A stretch of 64,000 bases of DNA from Vicugna vicugna (GCA_013265495.1 MU058824.1:6095245-6159244); one strand, 5' to 3'. Numbered from the stretch's first letter, positions 38,661-53,337 are shown. Program-made: numbers and translations. The notes: generated by a model from the letters alone, not told the origin.

Positions 38661-40182
38661 CTTTTCTTAAAAAACAAAACAAAACAAATCAAAAAAACCC
38701 CCAGTCTTTTCTACTCCCAAGGCTAGACTTAACTACCAGTTCATGACAGCCTGGAATGATTCTATATGGTTTGGGCAAGCATGCTTTGTCTCTAAGATAG
38801 TTTTCCCACTTCTAAGTGCTGGACAATAACAGTACCCATATCAGAGGATTTTTGAGAGGGTCATATATGCAGAACTGCTTTTTAAACTACAAAATATCAA
38901 CCAATGAAGGGCTGGAGAGTCAGCATTCTCATGTGGTCTGTTCGGTAGTAGAAGGCAGACAGAGGAAGGTCAACAGCTCTTGTAGACCCCCTGTCACAAA
39001 GGTGACAGGAAATCATGAAGAAAATTGTTCAAAGAAGAACATCCAAAGCTGACCCTCACCCTCCCATGTCCCAGTTCATATTCACAGAACTATAAAAAGT
39101 CAGAACCAGGAGGAACCTTGGTGACCATATGCTAACACTACTCAATCTTCCTCTCTTCCTAGATTTCACAAAAGAGGTATCAGAGGGTGTGAAATTGAAG
39201 TGTCTCACTCAGTTCAGAACACTAATTAGTAGCAGAAATGGAAGCAGCATCCAGGGCTCCAGACACTACCACACTTTCCAGGACACAAGATTATCTCTCA
39301 AGTCACTTCTACACCTTTCTTGTTCAATGACCAATTAGCACTCACTCATAAAGTTGCATGTCCTGTTCTATTTCCATGGGAAAAAACACTAACAGAAAGA
39401 AGTAGCACATCCAATGTGAAATTTAATCTGCAAAAGCCTCTTAGCATTTCCAAAGTGAATAAAATTGGAAGAGTAAACTTTAATGAAAAATAAATTTTGC
39501 CTTCTCTTTACATATCCCTATAGAGAAGACAGAAGTTGCCTCTTTATGCACTGTCTGAATATGATACTTTCTAAGTTGTTTTTTTTTTTCCAATCAGTAA
39601 TACTCCTGGCTATTCCAAATCAACCCTAGTTGTTATACTAGAGAACCAGGAAGAGAGTAATGTTTCAGGAGAAAACATGAAAAGTCTCAGGGAATTGCCA
39701 TTTTCTAAGGCTCTAAGGCCATCGCAGCCAAGTAAGCAGCCCACCTGCCCCTAGAGGGCTGTGAACAGCCCTAATCCAGTTCAGTTTATACTTTGCCAAA
39801 CAGCTTTGGCACATCTGTGCTCAGAATGAGATCCAAGAATTTCAGACAATGTGCTCTCTCAAGCTCCATCATCTCCCACATTTTATTTTATTTATAAATG
39901 GACAAACAATTTATGGCCGCAGTGTTAAATTCAAAGAAGGGGCTGTGAACTTGGCATTTACATCAGGTCAGGCAGTGGCACACCACAACAAACAATAATG
40001 CAAACAGGAAACAAAGGGTCAGGGTTGTGTTTTGCTTTGTTTCCTATTATATACAGGGATTAATAATAAGCTCAGTGGGGCCTTCTCATAATATATACCC
40101 TGTTCAAAGTCAGCGTAACCTAGTAACAATCTGCCCACCCTCAAATGTGGGAGGGAAATGGCCATTAACAATACATTTCAAA

Positions 40183-41510
40183 CTGGACAGCAGCATGTAA
40201 AGCAATGAAGCAAGAACACTCCCTTACACCATACACAAAAATAAACTCAAAATGGATCAAAGACAAATTGTATCATAAGACAAGATACAATAAACCTCCT
40301 AGAAGAAAACACAGGCAAAACATTATCTCACATCCATCTCAAAAATGTTCTCCTAGAACAGTCTACTCAAGCAATAGAAATAAAAGCAAGAATAAACAAA
40401 TGGGACCTGATGAAACTTACAAGCTTCTGCACAGCAAAGGAAACCATAAGTAAAACAAAAATACAACCTACGGAATGGGAGAATATTTTTGCAAATGAAA
40501 CCAACAAAGGATTGATCTCCAGAATAGATAAGCAGCTCATAGACTTAATAAGAAACAACCAAACAACCCAATCCAAAAATGGGCAAAAGACCTAAACAAG
40601 CAGTTCTCCAAGGAATACATACAAATGATCAATAGGCACATGAAAAAATGCTCAATATCACTAATTATCAGAGAAATGCAAATCAAAACTACAATGAGGT
40701 ATCACCTCACACCAGTCAGAATGGCCATCATTCAAAAATCCACAAATGACAAATGTTGGAGAGGCTGTGGAGAAAGGGGAACCCTCCTAGACTGCTGGTG
40801 GGAATGCAGTTTGGTGCAGCCACTGTGGAAAACAGTATAGAGATTCCTCAAAAGACTGGTAATAGACTTACTGTATGACCCAGGAATCCTGCTCCTGGGC
40901 ATATATCCAGAAGGAAATCTACTTCAGGATGACACCTGCACCCCAATGTTCAAGGCAGCACTATTTACAATAGCCAAGATGTGGAGACAGCCTTAATGTC
41001 CATCAACAGATGACTGGATAAAGAAAAGGTGGTATATTTATACAATGGAATACTACTCAGCCATAAAAAACGACAACATACGCCATTTGCAGCAACATGG
41101 ATGCTCCTGGAGAATGTCATTCTAAGTGAAGTAAGACAGAAAGAGAAAGAAAAATACTACATGAGATCACTCATATGTGGAATCTAAAAAAAAGAAAACA
41201 AAAACAAACAAAGCATAAATACAGGACAGAAACAGACTCATAGACATAGAATACAAACTTGTGGTTGCCAAGGGGGCAGACAGTGGGAAGGGATAGACGG
41301 GATTTCAAAATTGTAGAATAGATAAACAAGATTATACTGTATAGCACAGGGAAATATACACAAGATCTTATGGTAGCTCACAGAGGAAAAAAATGTGACA
41401 ATGAATATATACATATATGTTCATGTATAACTGAAAAATTGTGCTCTACACTGGAATTTGACACAACATTGTAAAATGATTATAAATTAATAAAAATGTT
41501 AAAAAAAACT
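40183..41510 (+). mobile_element. 5'-truncated LINE-1 (ORF2 C-terminus and 3' UTR), 14-bp TSD
   Basis: ORF2 fragments ([24 protein letters not shown]...CWWEC); CAATACATTTCAAA at 40169-40182 and 41511-41524. Confidence 0.96.
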
Positions 41511-41779
41511 CAATACATTTCAAATAACTAAGTTTAATACAGTGAGAGTTTACGACGTTAAAAAATGTTTAAGGTACATAAACTTTTTCTTCTTGGTTGA
41601 GGGCTTTTTTCCTTAGTTTCTTCTCCAGATAAGAAGGCTAAAGGATACCTAGAGCTCTACTGAATAAAATGTTACCCACCAACGTGGATCAAAAGAAAAC
41701 ACTGGATCTGGGGCCAGTTGCTTGATAAGCTAACCTTCTCAATGAATCTTGATCAATCTGGACAAAGAAGTTAACAGTA

Positions 41780-42680
41780 TTTTAATAGACTATTTTCTAC
41801 GGAGGTTTTAGGTTTATAGCAAAATTGAATGAAATGTATTGAGAGTACCCACATACTCCCTACACACATACATGCACAACCTCCCCACTACCAACATCTC
41901 CCACCAGAGTGGTATATTTGTTACCTACACTGGGACAGCATCACACATAGTCCATAGTTCACATTAGGGTTCATGCTTGCTCTTATACATTCTATGGGTT
42001 TCGGCAAATGTACAATGGCATGTACCCACCATTTCAGTATTATACAGAATAGTTTTTTCCATGGCTTTTCATGGATTGATAGATTGTTTCTTTTTAGTGC
42101 TGAATAATATTCCATTGTCTGGGTGTACTAGTTTATTTATTCATTCACCTACTAAGGGATATCTTGGTTGCTTCCAAGTTTGGGAAATTATGAATAAAGC
42201 TGCTATAAACATCCATGTGCAAGTTTTTTCATGGACGTAAGTTTTCAACTTCTTCGGGTATTACCAAGGAGTGTGATGGCTGGATCATAGTTTCACAAGA
42301 AAATGAACTGTCTTCCACAGTGTCTGTATCATTTTGCTTTCTCAGCATCAATGAATGAGAGTTCCTATTGCTCCACATGCTTTCCAGCACTTGGTGTTTG
42401 GAATGCTCGCCATTCTAATAGCTATGTAGTGGTATGCCATTGTTTTTAATTGGTAATTCTCTTATAACATATGATATTGAGCATGTTTTTCACATGTTTA
42501 TCTGCTATCTTTTTTGGTGAAGTGTCTATTCAGGTCTTTTATCCATTTTTAATTGAGATGTTCATTTTCTTATTGTTGAGTTTGAAGAGTTCTTTGTCTA
42601 TTTAAATAGTCTGTTATCAGTTGTGTTTTGCAAATATTTTCTCCAAGTCTGTGGCTTATCTTCTCATTATCTTTACAGTT
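41780..42680 (-). mobile_element. Old L1M (L1MC/MD-like) 3' end
   Basis: 'tttaatagac...cccaccagagtggtatatttgttac'; minus ORF 'MEYYSALKRN'; 'atgaataaagctgctataaacatccatgtgcaagtttt'. Confidence 0.9.
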
Positions 42681-45029
42681 TTCATTTGTTTGCTTGATTT
42701 GAGGTAGTCACATGCTTTTATCTTAGGATGTTGTACAATAAAACTGTTGCAGACAAGCAGGTTGTTTTCCTTAGCCTTAGTTTACTTATCCATAAAAGGA
42801 GGCAAGTAATAGTACCTACCTTAAACAGGATTTCAGAGGAGTAAAATAACCATGCATATAAATATTGGCTGGTAATTATAGATGTAGAACCAGTTATAGC
42901 AGTAGGTCCTTAGGAGAATAAAGAAAGCGGAAAAAAATCACTTTAGGAAAATCTATTCCATCCTTAGCACTCTGTAGTAAAACTTCTCTTCAAGTGTCTG
43001 CTCCCACACTATATAATCAGCAGCTTGAGCACAGGGACTATGTCTACTTTGCAGAGTGAAGGGTAATGTCTGCCTAAATGGTAAGTACTTAAGTGAGAGT
43101 TGATTTGGCACTAACTTAGGCTATGGCCTTGGAGAATCCATTGCAACTCCCTGGGCCTCACTCTCACCATCGGTCAATGAAGATGGTGAACTACAGTTCC
43201 TCTAAGGTCCCTATCTTCATTCATTCAATGAATGAATCTATCTCATATCTCAGATTGCACATGCGAGACATCTTTAAGGGATATTAACTCTCTTTAGGTG
43301 CCCCACCTCAATAACTTACTCTTTCCATATTTTGAAAAAAGACTTCATAATCTGGACGAATACTTGGGCTGTTTCTAAATTTAGAATAGCAAGCCTTCTC
43401 CCATACACATACATGAAATTAGGGTGTGTGATTTGTCTTCTGCATACTTCAAATTCTACTGTCTGCACACATCTGATTCCTGTTTCCTCTGATTGCATAG
43501 ATTTGTCTTACTTTAGTAAAGGAGATAAGAAACAGCCACAGATTAGAAATCAGATGAAGAAGCACAGAAGCATGGAATTTCAACTAAATAAAAAGTCAGA
43601 CAAGAGAAATGTCCACTTCTGGAATTCCTTTCCAGAGTTGCCAAAAGTTTATTCATGCTAGTTAAAAAAAAATTTGGGCACCCCTCCCAGCTAAGGATCT
43701 TTACACAAGATTTTTGTTAATATACAGTATAATCAGCCTAGACCATTTTCTGGGCCACTGGCCCCTGTCATTATGCCAGCTTTTTATAACACACACACAC
43801 ACACCGCTTGCTCCAAGGTCTACAAGATATGGACCAGGAAGAGTGCTCCTTCTTATCTCTTTGCCAAGTCAGAGCAAGGAGGTCCAAGGGGGCTACCTTT
43901 TTTACCTTGGCCACAAAAGAAAGAAAATGAATAGTGAGTTCAGAAACAAAATCATAAAAGCTTGTGGCAACATTTTTGATAGATGCTACCTAGATATAAA
44001 TATTCAGAACTATGAAGGCCTATGAGGCTTGATAGTGAGGCTACAAAATTAAGTCAACTGTATTGAACAGTATGTTATGGGTTACTTGGTACAAATAGAT
44101 TTTTTACTCATTTTAAATAATTTAAACTGTGAAGAAAAATAAGATGCAGAATTTAATATGTAATTATCAGGTTACATGACACTGAAGATCACAAAAATTT
44201 AACTCATGATTCCAGGTTAATTCATTTTTTACTTTTTACATATAGCAAAAGAGAGTCTCCATTATTAGCTTTATGCATGTTGTGAACTTATAAATTTACT
44301 ATAAATCAGAAAAGTTATAGGTCAATACCCATCTTTTAAAAAAATTTATTCATGTAAAAAGCACCAAGGTAAGTACCTAATATATCATGGGATGTACCAT
44401 GCTCAGTCATGTACCAGGAAGGACTCACACATGTCTATTTGGCTCAAGCGCATTGGCATATCGCAGTAGTCACTTAATCAATTATAACTGATTTAGGGAC
44501 ATGGAGCATATTACAGAAAGCTTTGATGTTTCCTGCAAGTTTTGGGCTGACCTTTCTATTGAATTTAAGAAATGCAAGTACTTATTAGATGTGGTTATGA
44601 TTCAACTTTAAACCCAAACATTTTCTATTGCTTCTCTTTTCAGTTTCTGGATCCAGTTTGAGGAATGTCCTGAGTCAAATGCATGCCACTAAAAAAAAGA
44701 GTGACCATTACAACTATGTGTCTGTATGAGTCATAAATTCCATGACAGGGCAAACCAAACCAGATGGAAATAAGTTGGATGCTGGGTAATATACAGCTAT
44801 AAATATTAGTCATGAACTTAGAGTTCAAATTTTGGTGGTGATTAAAACAGCCTCATTATTCTCATGGATTGGCTTTTTACTAGTTAATGTTTTAAATTTG
44901 GAATTTAAAATATATTGTAGAATTATAAGCAATTTTAAATAGTTACATTTTAAAATCCTACACAAAATTTCATTTTTAGGAAAGAATTTTTGCTGTTAAA
45001 AAGTTAAATCACTAGGGGGTTAGAAAAGC

Positions 45030-45140
45030 AGTAACAGACTTGGATTTATATCCTATTTCTGCCATTTACTGTCAGTATAACATTAGAAACATTATTTAAC
45101 TTCTCTAAGTTTCTCTTTGGTGAAACTGGGATAATAACCA
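45030..45140 (+). mobile_element. MIR fragment
   Basis: 'tcctatttctgccatttact...ttatttaacttctctaagtttc...tgaaactgggataataa'. Confidence 0.65.
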
Positions 45141-45470
45141 GTAACTTGTAGATATAATAACTTTCTATGTTGACATATCCATGAGGACATGCAACCTTTT
45201 TATTAGTATTGGTTGGTAAATATGGAAAATAGTTAAAAATATAACAGATCCTGCCCACTATAATAGCTCTAGGCAGCCTCCTCTGCCTGCCCCTAGGATC
45301 TTTCAAAATGTAAAATATTGTCAAATAAGGAAGAAAACATCAGAACAGTCTCAGAATTTTTCATAGCAACACTTAATGCTTAAACAATTCTAAGGAAAAC
45401 TGTATTCCAAGATTTTATACATTCGATATTAAGATATAAAAGGTATGAAAATATGCTAAAGCATTAAAGA

Positions 45471-45642
45471 CAGAGTTGTTATCCAGTATGGTAGCCACTA
45501 GCCACAAGTAGCTATTCACATTTAAATTAATTAATTAAATTAAGATTAAATTAAATTTAAAATCCAGTTCTTTCATCACACTAGTCACATTTCAAGTATT
45601 CAACAGCCACGTATGGCTAGTAGTTACTGTATTGGGCAGCAT
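45471..45642. mobile_element. MER3/MER33-like hAT-Charlie MITE
   Basis: 'atggtagccactagccaca...cacactagtcacatttcaagtattcaacagccacgtatggctagtagttactgtattgggcagca'. Confidence 0.82.
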
Positions 45643-47339
45643 GAAAAAGCTCAGGTATATAAAACTCAAGGGCCCTTTATCCAATTAACAAAGAGGTGAA
45701 CCAAAAGAAAAAACTCAGGACTGTGAAAATTATGGTTACAGAACAGAATGCAACTATAACTTGATGATATCAAAATAATAATATAAAAATAAAATGATAA
45801 AAGTAAGAGGGGGAAATGGAAAGTTTAATTTTCTCATCTTTAAAGACAGAATAAAAAAAATACTCCAATCTTTTATAGTCTATCAATGCTGCTTTGATGA
45901 TAAATGTTAAAGGAACACTTTAGGAAGCCCATATTTGTATTAAAGGGAGGTTTACCTAAAGGTCAGCAATTACCTCACTTTCAGCCTTTCTTGCTAAAAC
46001 ACAATGTCAGTATGTATAATAAATGTAATGATAGTTGTTTTCAGATGTGAAATTTTGAGGGTTTTTTTTATTTTCTCATAGCTTTCAATTTTGACTAACA
46101 TTTTTATAAGGAGCACTTATAATTTTTTCAAATGCAATCAAATCATTCTTTAAAGATAGATGCTTCAATAAAAATTAAAAAGAAGATGGAGAAACATAAA
46201 AAATAGGGTACTATAATAAGAATATAAAATTGGAATCACTTTATGGTAACAAGAAAAATATGTACACATCTGAACAAGGATTAGAAGGTAACATTTGAAA
46301 AATGAAAAGTAGTCTTAATAAGATTTTTCCTTGAAATTTTTGGTATATTTTTAACAATATAATTAGACATGTTTTGAATTGTTTTACCAGGAGCAGAGAG
46401 CTTCACTGCAATACATCATTCATCCTCTGTTTGACATGAGAACTGAATGAATCACCTTGGCCTTTCATTACAAGTAGTCACCTAAGTATTTGAAAGAACT
46501 TGCTTAAGTTGAAGGGGTAGAAGCAATGTTTTTCAGTTTTGGAGTTAAATGAACAGATTGTACAGTGCAGTAGTTTCTGGAATTTGTGGTTTTCTGTGGA
46601 GGGAAGCCCTCTGCAGGGTTGAAACAGCAGCTGCAACAGATCCAGATGTAATCAGAGTGGTAAAAGATCCCATGGGAATTGTTTATAGAAAACCAGACAG
46701 GTCTGTGACATTTTAAACTATTTTCTAGATTCACTAACCAAGAGCACAAGGTTATATTTCAACATGGAAAGGTTCTTCAGAAACTTCATAATTGTTGTCT
46801 GTGTGTAATGTATGCACACACACACACACACTTCATTACTGAGAGAAGTTTTAGATAATGTGTTGGTCATGCCTTCTAGTTCATGTCTACTTTTTGTAGA
46901 CTTTAAGAGCATCTACAAAAAAAGACTTTTTCAACACTATTCTCCCTTAATTCCAGCCTCCATGCCCTTTGCTTATGCTGCTTCCTTAGCCTAGAATAAC
47001 TTGTTATTATCTTGTCGCTTAAAATTTCCCAAGCCCACCATAAATTCAAGGTTCAGATCAATGCCACTGCATCCAGGAAGGATGTCCCAGCTAGAAATAA
47101 TCTTTCTTTCCTTCAGTGTCCCATATCTCATCCATCCCTTACTAATTTACATTGGGTGATAATTGTCATACATATCTTATCTTCCCTAATAAGCAAACTA
47201 AAAGCAAGATTCAAGTCAGATTTACTTCTACATCTCTCTAGTCCCATCTAGGGTCTAGGAGGGTAACCTGAACATAGAGACACTACGTAATTGCAGGAAT
47301 AAGATATTTACAAAATATTTACAAATATTTACAAAATAT

Positions 47340-47520
47340 CTTCCATGAATTAGTCTTTCAAAATGTTTCCTTTAAAAAAAAAAGTGTTCCATGTTCAAGT
47401 AAACTTGATAAAACCTGCATAATTCCTTTTAGAATATTCATAATGAATATTAAAATTACTGAGAAGTCTAATGGTAAAGAAACTTATTTTACTCCACTCA
47501 ACTCCTCACTGACCACAAAA
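47340..47520. mobile_element. Old hAT-Charlie MITE fragment (subfamily unassigned)
   Basis: 'gttccatgttcaagtaaacttg...ctgagaagtctaatggtaaagaaac...tgaccacaaaa'; a similar element lies at about 63570-63840. Confidence 0.5.
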
Positions 47521-47599
47521 TTCTATTCTTTGTGTTTTTCTTTTTCTTTTTTATAAGGATTACACCATCGCTGATACTGTTGTTGCCTCTCCTATATCC

Positions 47600-47855
47600 C
47601 ATCAGTCCTCCAAGAGATCACCTGTGGATACTCTCCTTCCAAGCCACTGGCTTCCTACAACTCTCTGCCTGGAGGAATTATCTGGCCCCTGGAGCATATC
47701 TCACCAGTTCAGGAAGCCCCAGGAAATTACTGTCTGGAGTAACCCATCAGAGACAGGAGTTGGTAAATAACTACTCCAACTTCCTCACCCCTCAGCAGGA
47801 TAACTCAGAGTTATGTTCCACACAGTAAGTATCTCAAAGGGTCTCATCAGGATTG
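47600..47855 (+). mobile_element. LTR16-like ERVL LTR fragment
   Basis: 'taaataactactccaacttcctcacccctcagcaggataactcagagttatgttccacacag' resembles LTR16. Confidence 0.6.
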
Positions 47856-49079
47856 AATAAAACAAAATAAATCAAAAATAACTAAAGACAGCTTGTGTGT
47901 TGTTTATTCAGAATGATGTTGCTGATGAAGTTCAGGTGGCTAAAGACTCAACATGAAAGTGGTTGGAAAAGATGTAACTATATTTTCCTGAGAAGAAATG
48001 GACAATTCAGGTTATATCACAAAATATCTTATGCTGAAATTACCCTTATCCCTTGTCATTACATTTTTTAAACTACTTCTCTCCTAACAGTAACAAAAAT
48101 AGCTAGCATAAGAACATGAGCAAGTCAAACGGAATTCTAATCAAACTTAATGTTAAGATATCAGAAAATTTTTCAGCCCACCTAAATTCTTACAATTCTC
48201 AGGACTTTCAGAGCTGTGGAATTCAGCTCTACTCCCCAGTGACTATCTGTGTTGTCCACTGAAGCCCATCTAATACAGCACCTTCACCAGAAAATTTTCC
48301 TTGATCTTCTTCCCAATCATATGTGATCTCAACCTTCTTTAAATCCTCAGAACTCTTTATGTTGGTGTCAACATGTTTAGCTTACATTATGTTTTTTACT
48401 TAAATGTTAGCAAGCTGAGATCAGGAACTACAACATGTACCATTCATTGCATGTTCCATCACATCTCTCCAGTAAGAAGTGCCCAAAAAGTATTTTTTGA
48501 AAAGCAGAAGATTTTTGTGGAAATGGATAAGAAGATAAATTATTTTAAAATATTTCTTCAGACCTTTTCCTACTAAGCAGAAATAATTGGAAATTTTAAA
48601 TAAATACTTGTTCCTTCAATTAGGATAGCCCTATGAAAAATACTGAAATATGCCAAGCTTTTACTCCTTCTTTCTATATCATTTCAACCCAGGTCATCAA
48701 TGCTCTCAAACTCTTTCTTTGCTGCCTAGGATACCATATATGTTTCTTCCTAGACCAAATAGCTCCTTACACTTCTAATATTTTCTTATTTCACCATCAA
48801 AACTGACCTTTCCTGTGTTCCTTTCTTTTAGCATCCTGAGTCCTAATGGAGACAATGATATTGTCTCTTTTACCAAAAAGAGAGTCTGGGGAAGTTAATG
48901 TGTTAGCTCGTCAAAGTACGATCCTTACTACCTACTATCCCTGATATAAACTATTTAAATCTTATCCTTATAAAGTTATTTGTACAAGGTAATCAGGTAC
49001 TTTGAATTATCCACAGGGGAGGATTTGGACAGATGAGTCTGTCCATGTGTCTTAAAATCACACCAATTCAGGTACGACC

Positions 49080-49200
49080 ATAGGTGGCCATACAAATTTC
49101 ACACTACATAACTCTTTGATACCATTCACAGAGACTACAATCTGAACAGTACCCTCTTCAACTGTCCAGTGTATAACCCGTACAACCACACACAGCAACT
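49080..49200. mobile_element. MER91-like hAT MITE, very diverged
   Basis: 'acactacataactc...accattcacagagactacaatctgaacag...cagtgtataacccgtacaacc'; same layout as 6390-6511. Confidence 0.5.
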
Positions 49201-52200
49201 CTTTGCCAAATAAGCAGCTACTCATTTTTCCTGTATGTTAAAAAGTGCAATCCACTTTTTCTATTCTAATTTCTAATTTCTGGTTTACCTCAGTTCAACT
49301 AGAGATAAATAAATGTTTATAAATACTAAATATGTGGTCAATTTACATTTTCCCTAAAAGAAAATGAATCCAGAGAAGCAGAAAAGTATGTATGTGTTTG
49401 TGTGTGTGTATATATATATACATATATATATAATTTTCTAACCCCAGGTGCTAATGGTATAATGGAGATGAAAGATACATTTCCCAAGCTTCCTTTGAAT
49501 AAAATTCTGCTATTTAATTTATTTTAGCCAAAATTCTCTTATTTTTATTCCAGAGTTTTTTCCATTTTTCTTCCACTCTCCCAAGAGGTTTTGACCTCTG
49601 AGATCTCTTCAAGGCCTTCTTTGGACCATAATGTCCTTCATTAATATTTTTTAGGATAGCTACAATTATTGCATTTGAAATCCTATTAGTGAGGGTGTCA
49701 GCAGTGCACTTGGCCTTTAAGAAGAACTTAATATTCATCCTGATGAATGTGAATTAGGAACTGAATCTTCATTCCTTGCTCACACAGGGTCTGAAACCTC
49801 AACACTACAGCTGTGCCCAGCCCGTGCTTAAGTAGGCAAAAACTCCAACTGAAAAATCTGCCGTCTTCTGTTTCTCTCCCACCTAGATTTAATTCTCTAC
49901 AGCCTACCGGAGTTACAAATGAAAGTTTTAAATTCTAGGCACTGAAAGGTATTTGGACTACAGCATGCTCTTTTCCAATGAATTTCAACCTAGGAATCCC
50001 ATTTAATTCCAAGCCAGTGAAATAAAAAGCTACATTGATTAAAACTCTTGAGATTCAGATCAACTTTTAAGGAGGCCCTGAATCTTTTTAACATCTGCTT
50101 CCTTACCAGCCAAGGTAATACATCTTTAAATAATTTGTAAGTGTGTTAGAGCCGCCACATAGTTATTGAGAGCACTCCTTCGGTAAATAGGGGCTGCAGG
50201 CTTCATATTTCAGACAGCTGTCATCCATTAAATATTTTAATATTGAGGGGAATTAACTTTCATATCAATAGCAATGATGAAAAAAATTATCTTTGTAGGC
50301 TGGGCAGACGATGTCACTGCATAACTTGTCATTTTCTAATTCAGCTGCTTCCATTTGATTTGGAATTAGAACTAGACCTCAGAAACCAGAGCCACAGCAT
50401 CCTCACACAAAAGCTGTTTCAAATTATGTGCAGCAAGTTTTTAAGCACATTAGCAACTAGAACAAGCTGTCCTCATGCTAACTGGCCTTGCTTTGTTCTT
50501 GAAGGTGGAAAATCTCGCTTTAACTGCCCTCTAATTTGTTGCAGAATGCTACTGCACCGGCAGCTGCCTTGGCACAGGATTAAACACACAAGAAAACATT
50601 ATTTTTCCACACAAATTATTAACAGTGCCAAAAGCCACAAAATCCTTTTTTGGAAAAAAAAATCTTTTCTTCTCCTCATCCCCTTTATTTTCCCTCCCCC
50701 GTAAAACAATCTGCAATGAATTACATCTCAGTGGGTTCTTTTGAGAAACACCCCCCTACACACACATTCAGTGTAAACATACAGAGAGGGTATTTCATTC
50801 TGTTTTTCATAAAACATAAAAGATTCAAAAATGGGGCAAGAGGAAACTTTCCACCGCACATATAATAAATATGTCAATGAATGAGGACTCCTGAGGGGCA
50901 TATACACAGGACTGTTGGGAAACCTACTTGCCTAGAACCACATAAGCTTGTTCAAAAACTACAAGAGGAAGGAGCAATATAAAGTAAGCCTCCCTCTGTT
51001 TTAATCTTGGTCTGATTACAGCTGTTTCTGTGTAGCAGTTAAACATTTTGCCAAAGGGAAGAATTGGCTTGATTGCTGCTTCAGAGGGGAATTTATTAAT
51101 GATACCTGCAAATAATTGTTAAGAAGACAATTGTGCCTGCCCTCACTATCTTTCTCATTCAGTGGGCTTGCCACCCCTGATTTTTTATTTTAATTACATT
51201 TTTAGGGAATATCATGAGGACCTTTAATGTCAGTGCATACCTGAGTCCCAGCTCTGAGGCAGTCTTAAAAACAATACTTATTTTTTAAAGAAAGGAAAGG
51301 AAAGAAAGTGGCTGTTAACACTCACTTCAGACAAGACCACTGCCTTTCTCATTGTGAGATGTGAGAGCAGTTTAGGGGTCCAGGTATCACAGTTATCTGT
51401 CCAATAGACCCCTGACATCTTTTCATCATTCCTTTTGACTGGGAGAGCCTGACATTTGACCAGCAATAATGAAGTCCATCAGGTGACCTCAGTGCCATCT
51501 GCAAAAGAGACTCTAAGTGGAGTGGACAGCAAAGACAAACTGGGAGGGAAGTGAGGTTGGCCACTGAGCTCTCAAGAAGTACCTACACACAGCTTACTTC
51601 CTAATTCCCATTGTGCTCCTGGCAAAAGGCTGGCCCTGTAATATACTTGCACAAAATTTTCTTCTTCTCAGTATGAAAACTCTAGGGATAGACTGGTGTG
51701 TGACATGACAGTGGTAAGTACAAAGTTCTACCACACACTTTTTACTCTTCAAGGTTAAGGAACTGAAAGATAGGCATCCCAAAAATCTCCATGAGAACTG
51801 ACCACCACGAAAATTTCCTGATCCTGGTTCAAAGCTACTTTCTGGCCCTCACTTGTACCCAGGTGTGCTTCTCTCTTTAATTGTGCTCTTTTTGCATTCT
51901 TACTACTCACTCTCTTGATCAGTTATGTCGACTTTCAAAAATGTTCTGATGCAATGATTTGAAAAGGCATGCATTCAAAGCTGCTTTTATTAAAAATTTC
52001 ATTAAGGGATTTGCAACCTTCTCCTTTGCTTTCTGTTCCAGCTTCTCTCTGAGTTGCAAGTCAGAACAGTCCACCCAGAAGTATTCACTGAAAATTCACC
52101 ACACATCATCAGTTATTAAGCACATGACTCTCTGGGAGTCAGGAAATAAACAGCCAAGACTTCTGAGCCACCTGTTTGTACATTAAATTCACATGGTCAA

Positions 52201-52755
52201 GCAAAGTGTTTGAAATTTAGGACCAAATTAAAGTTCTGCTAAATTTAGATGATATAATTGAGCAGAAAATTAATCTATGTTTCTATACAAATGCATTATC
52301 ATTGAGGTCCATTTTGTGACTTTTTAGGCTACCTTGTAGACTATATACAAAAGGAAGAATTTGGGATTTTTTTCAATTAATAGATGAATGTTTCATTTCT
52401 TCTCAGGAGTGTGTATGTTGCTTCTGAGTTATTTCTAATACACACAATAAATGCCAATTCTATCTGGTTTTGTTTTGTTTGAATATATGCTCATAGAAGC
52501 AATATTAACTGTGTCTTCCTTACAGATTTTTTGTCTTGCTGTTTACAAACTAAAAAATGAGAGATAATGTAAAACATCTGGTGCTAATGCAAAGACATTC
52601 TTAAATTCCTATTGGCTTCTTGCTCCCCAATGTCTCTTCCTCTACTGCCTCTTGTACACATTACCAAGCAGAAGATGACCAAACACCATAGTGCCAGGCA
52701 TTTCTGCCCTCCAGATTCCACTCTACTTCATGATTCTCAGCAACAAGCTATGGAA

Positions 52756-52929
52756 CCATGGTTCTCAGAGTGCAGTCCCTAAACAAGCAACCTCAGATTC
52801 ATCTGGGAATTTGTTAGATAGGCAAATTCCTAGACACCAACCTTGACCTGCTGAATCAGAAATCTGTGGCGCTCCCCATTCTCTGTCTTAAGAAGCCCTC
52901 CAGATGACTCTCCTGTTTGAGAATCACTG
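52756..52929. mobile_element. MER5A-like hAT-Charlie MITE
   Basis: 'ggttctcagagtg...ctgggaatttgttagataggcaaatt...gacctgctgaatcagaaa...aagccctccagatga...gtttgagaatcactg'. Confidence 0.85.
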
Positions 52930-53337
52930 CTCTAACCAACATGACCTCCAATATGCCCCACTGGCAGAGTCAGATACTTTCACACTTTCCCACAACATTG
53001 CCATGCCTTCTGCTGGCCTCTGGCTTTCTAGAGCTCCCCTTTGGGGCTCCCCATTCAGGCTAGTACTCTGAAAGTTGGACCCCATATTCCAAAAAGACCC
53101 CTTTCTCTGTCTCTCCATCAGAATCTCCATAGCAACTCTTGACACCAGGGAGAAATTACTTAGCACAAATAAATGTCTAATGGTGGAATTATGATCCTTG
53201 CAGCAAGCATAGGGGGAGAGTGAAAACTGTATAAGAGACTCCTCAGTACCTTTCAAATCACGTCATATATGTAATCACTTTATATGACTACATGGGAGGC
53301 TTCAGGGATTGTGCCAGATCTGTGTCTATTAACTTTT

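Noticed and set aside
50243..50704. 153-aa ORF
   Set aside because: TTG start, no recognisable domain or splice context; the region looks more like non-coding regulatory DNA.
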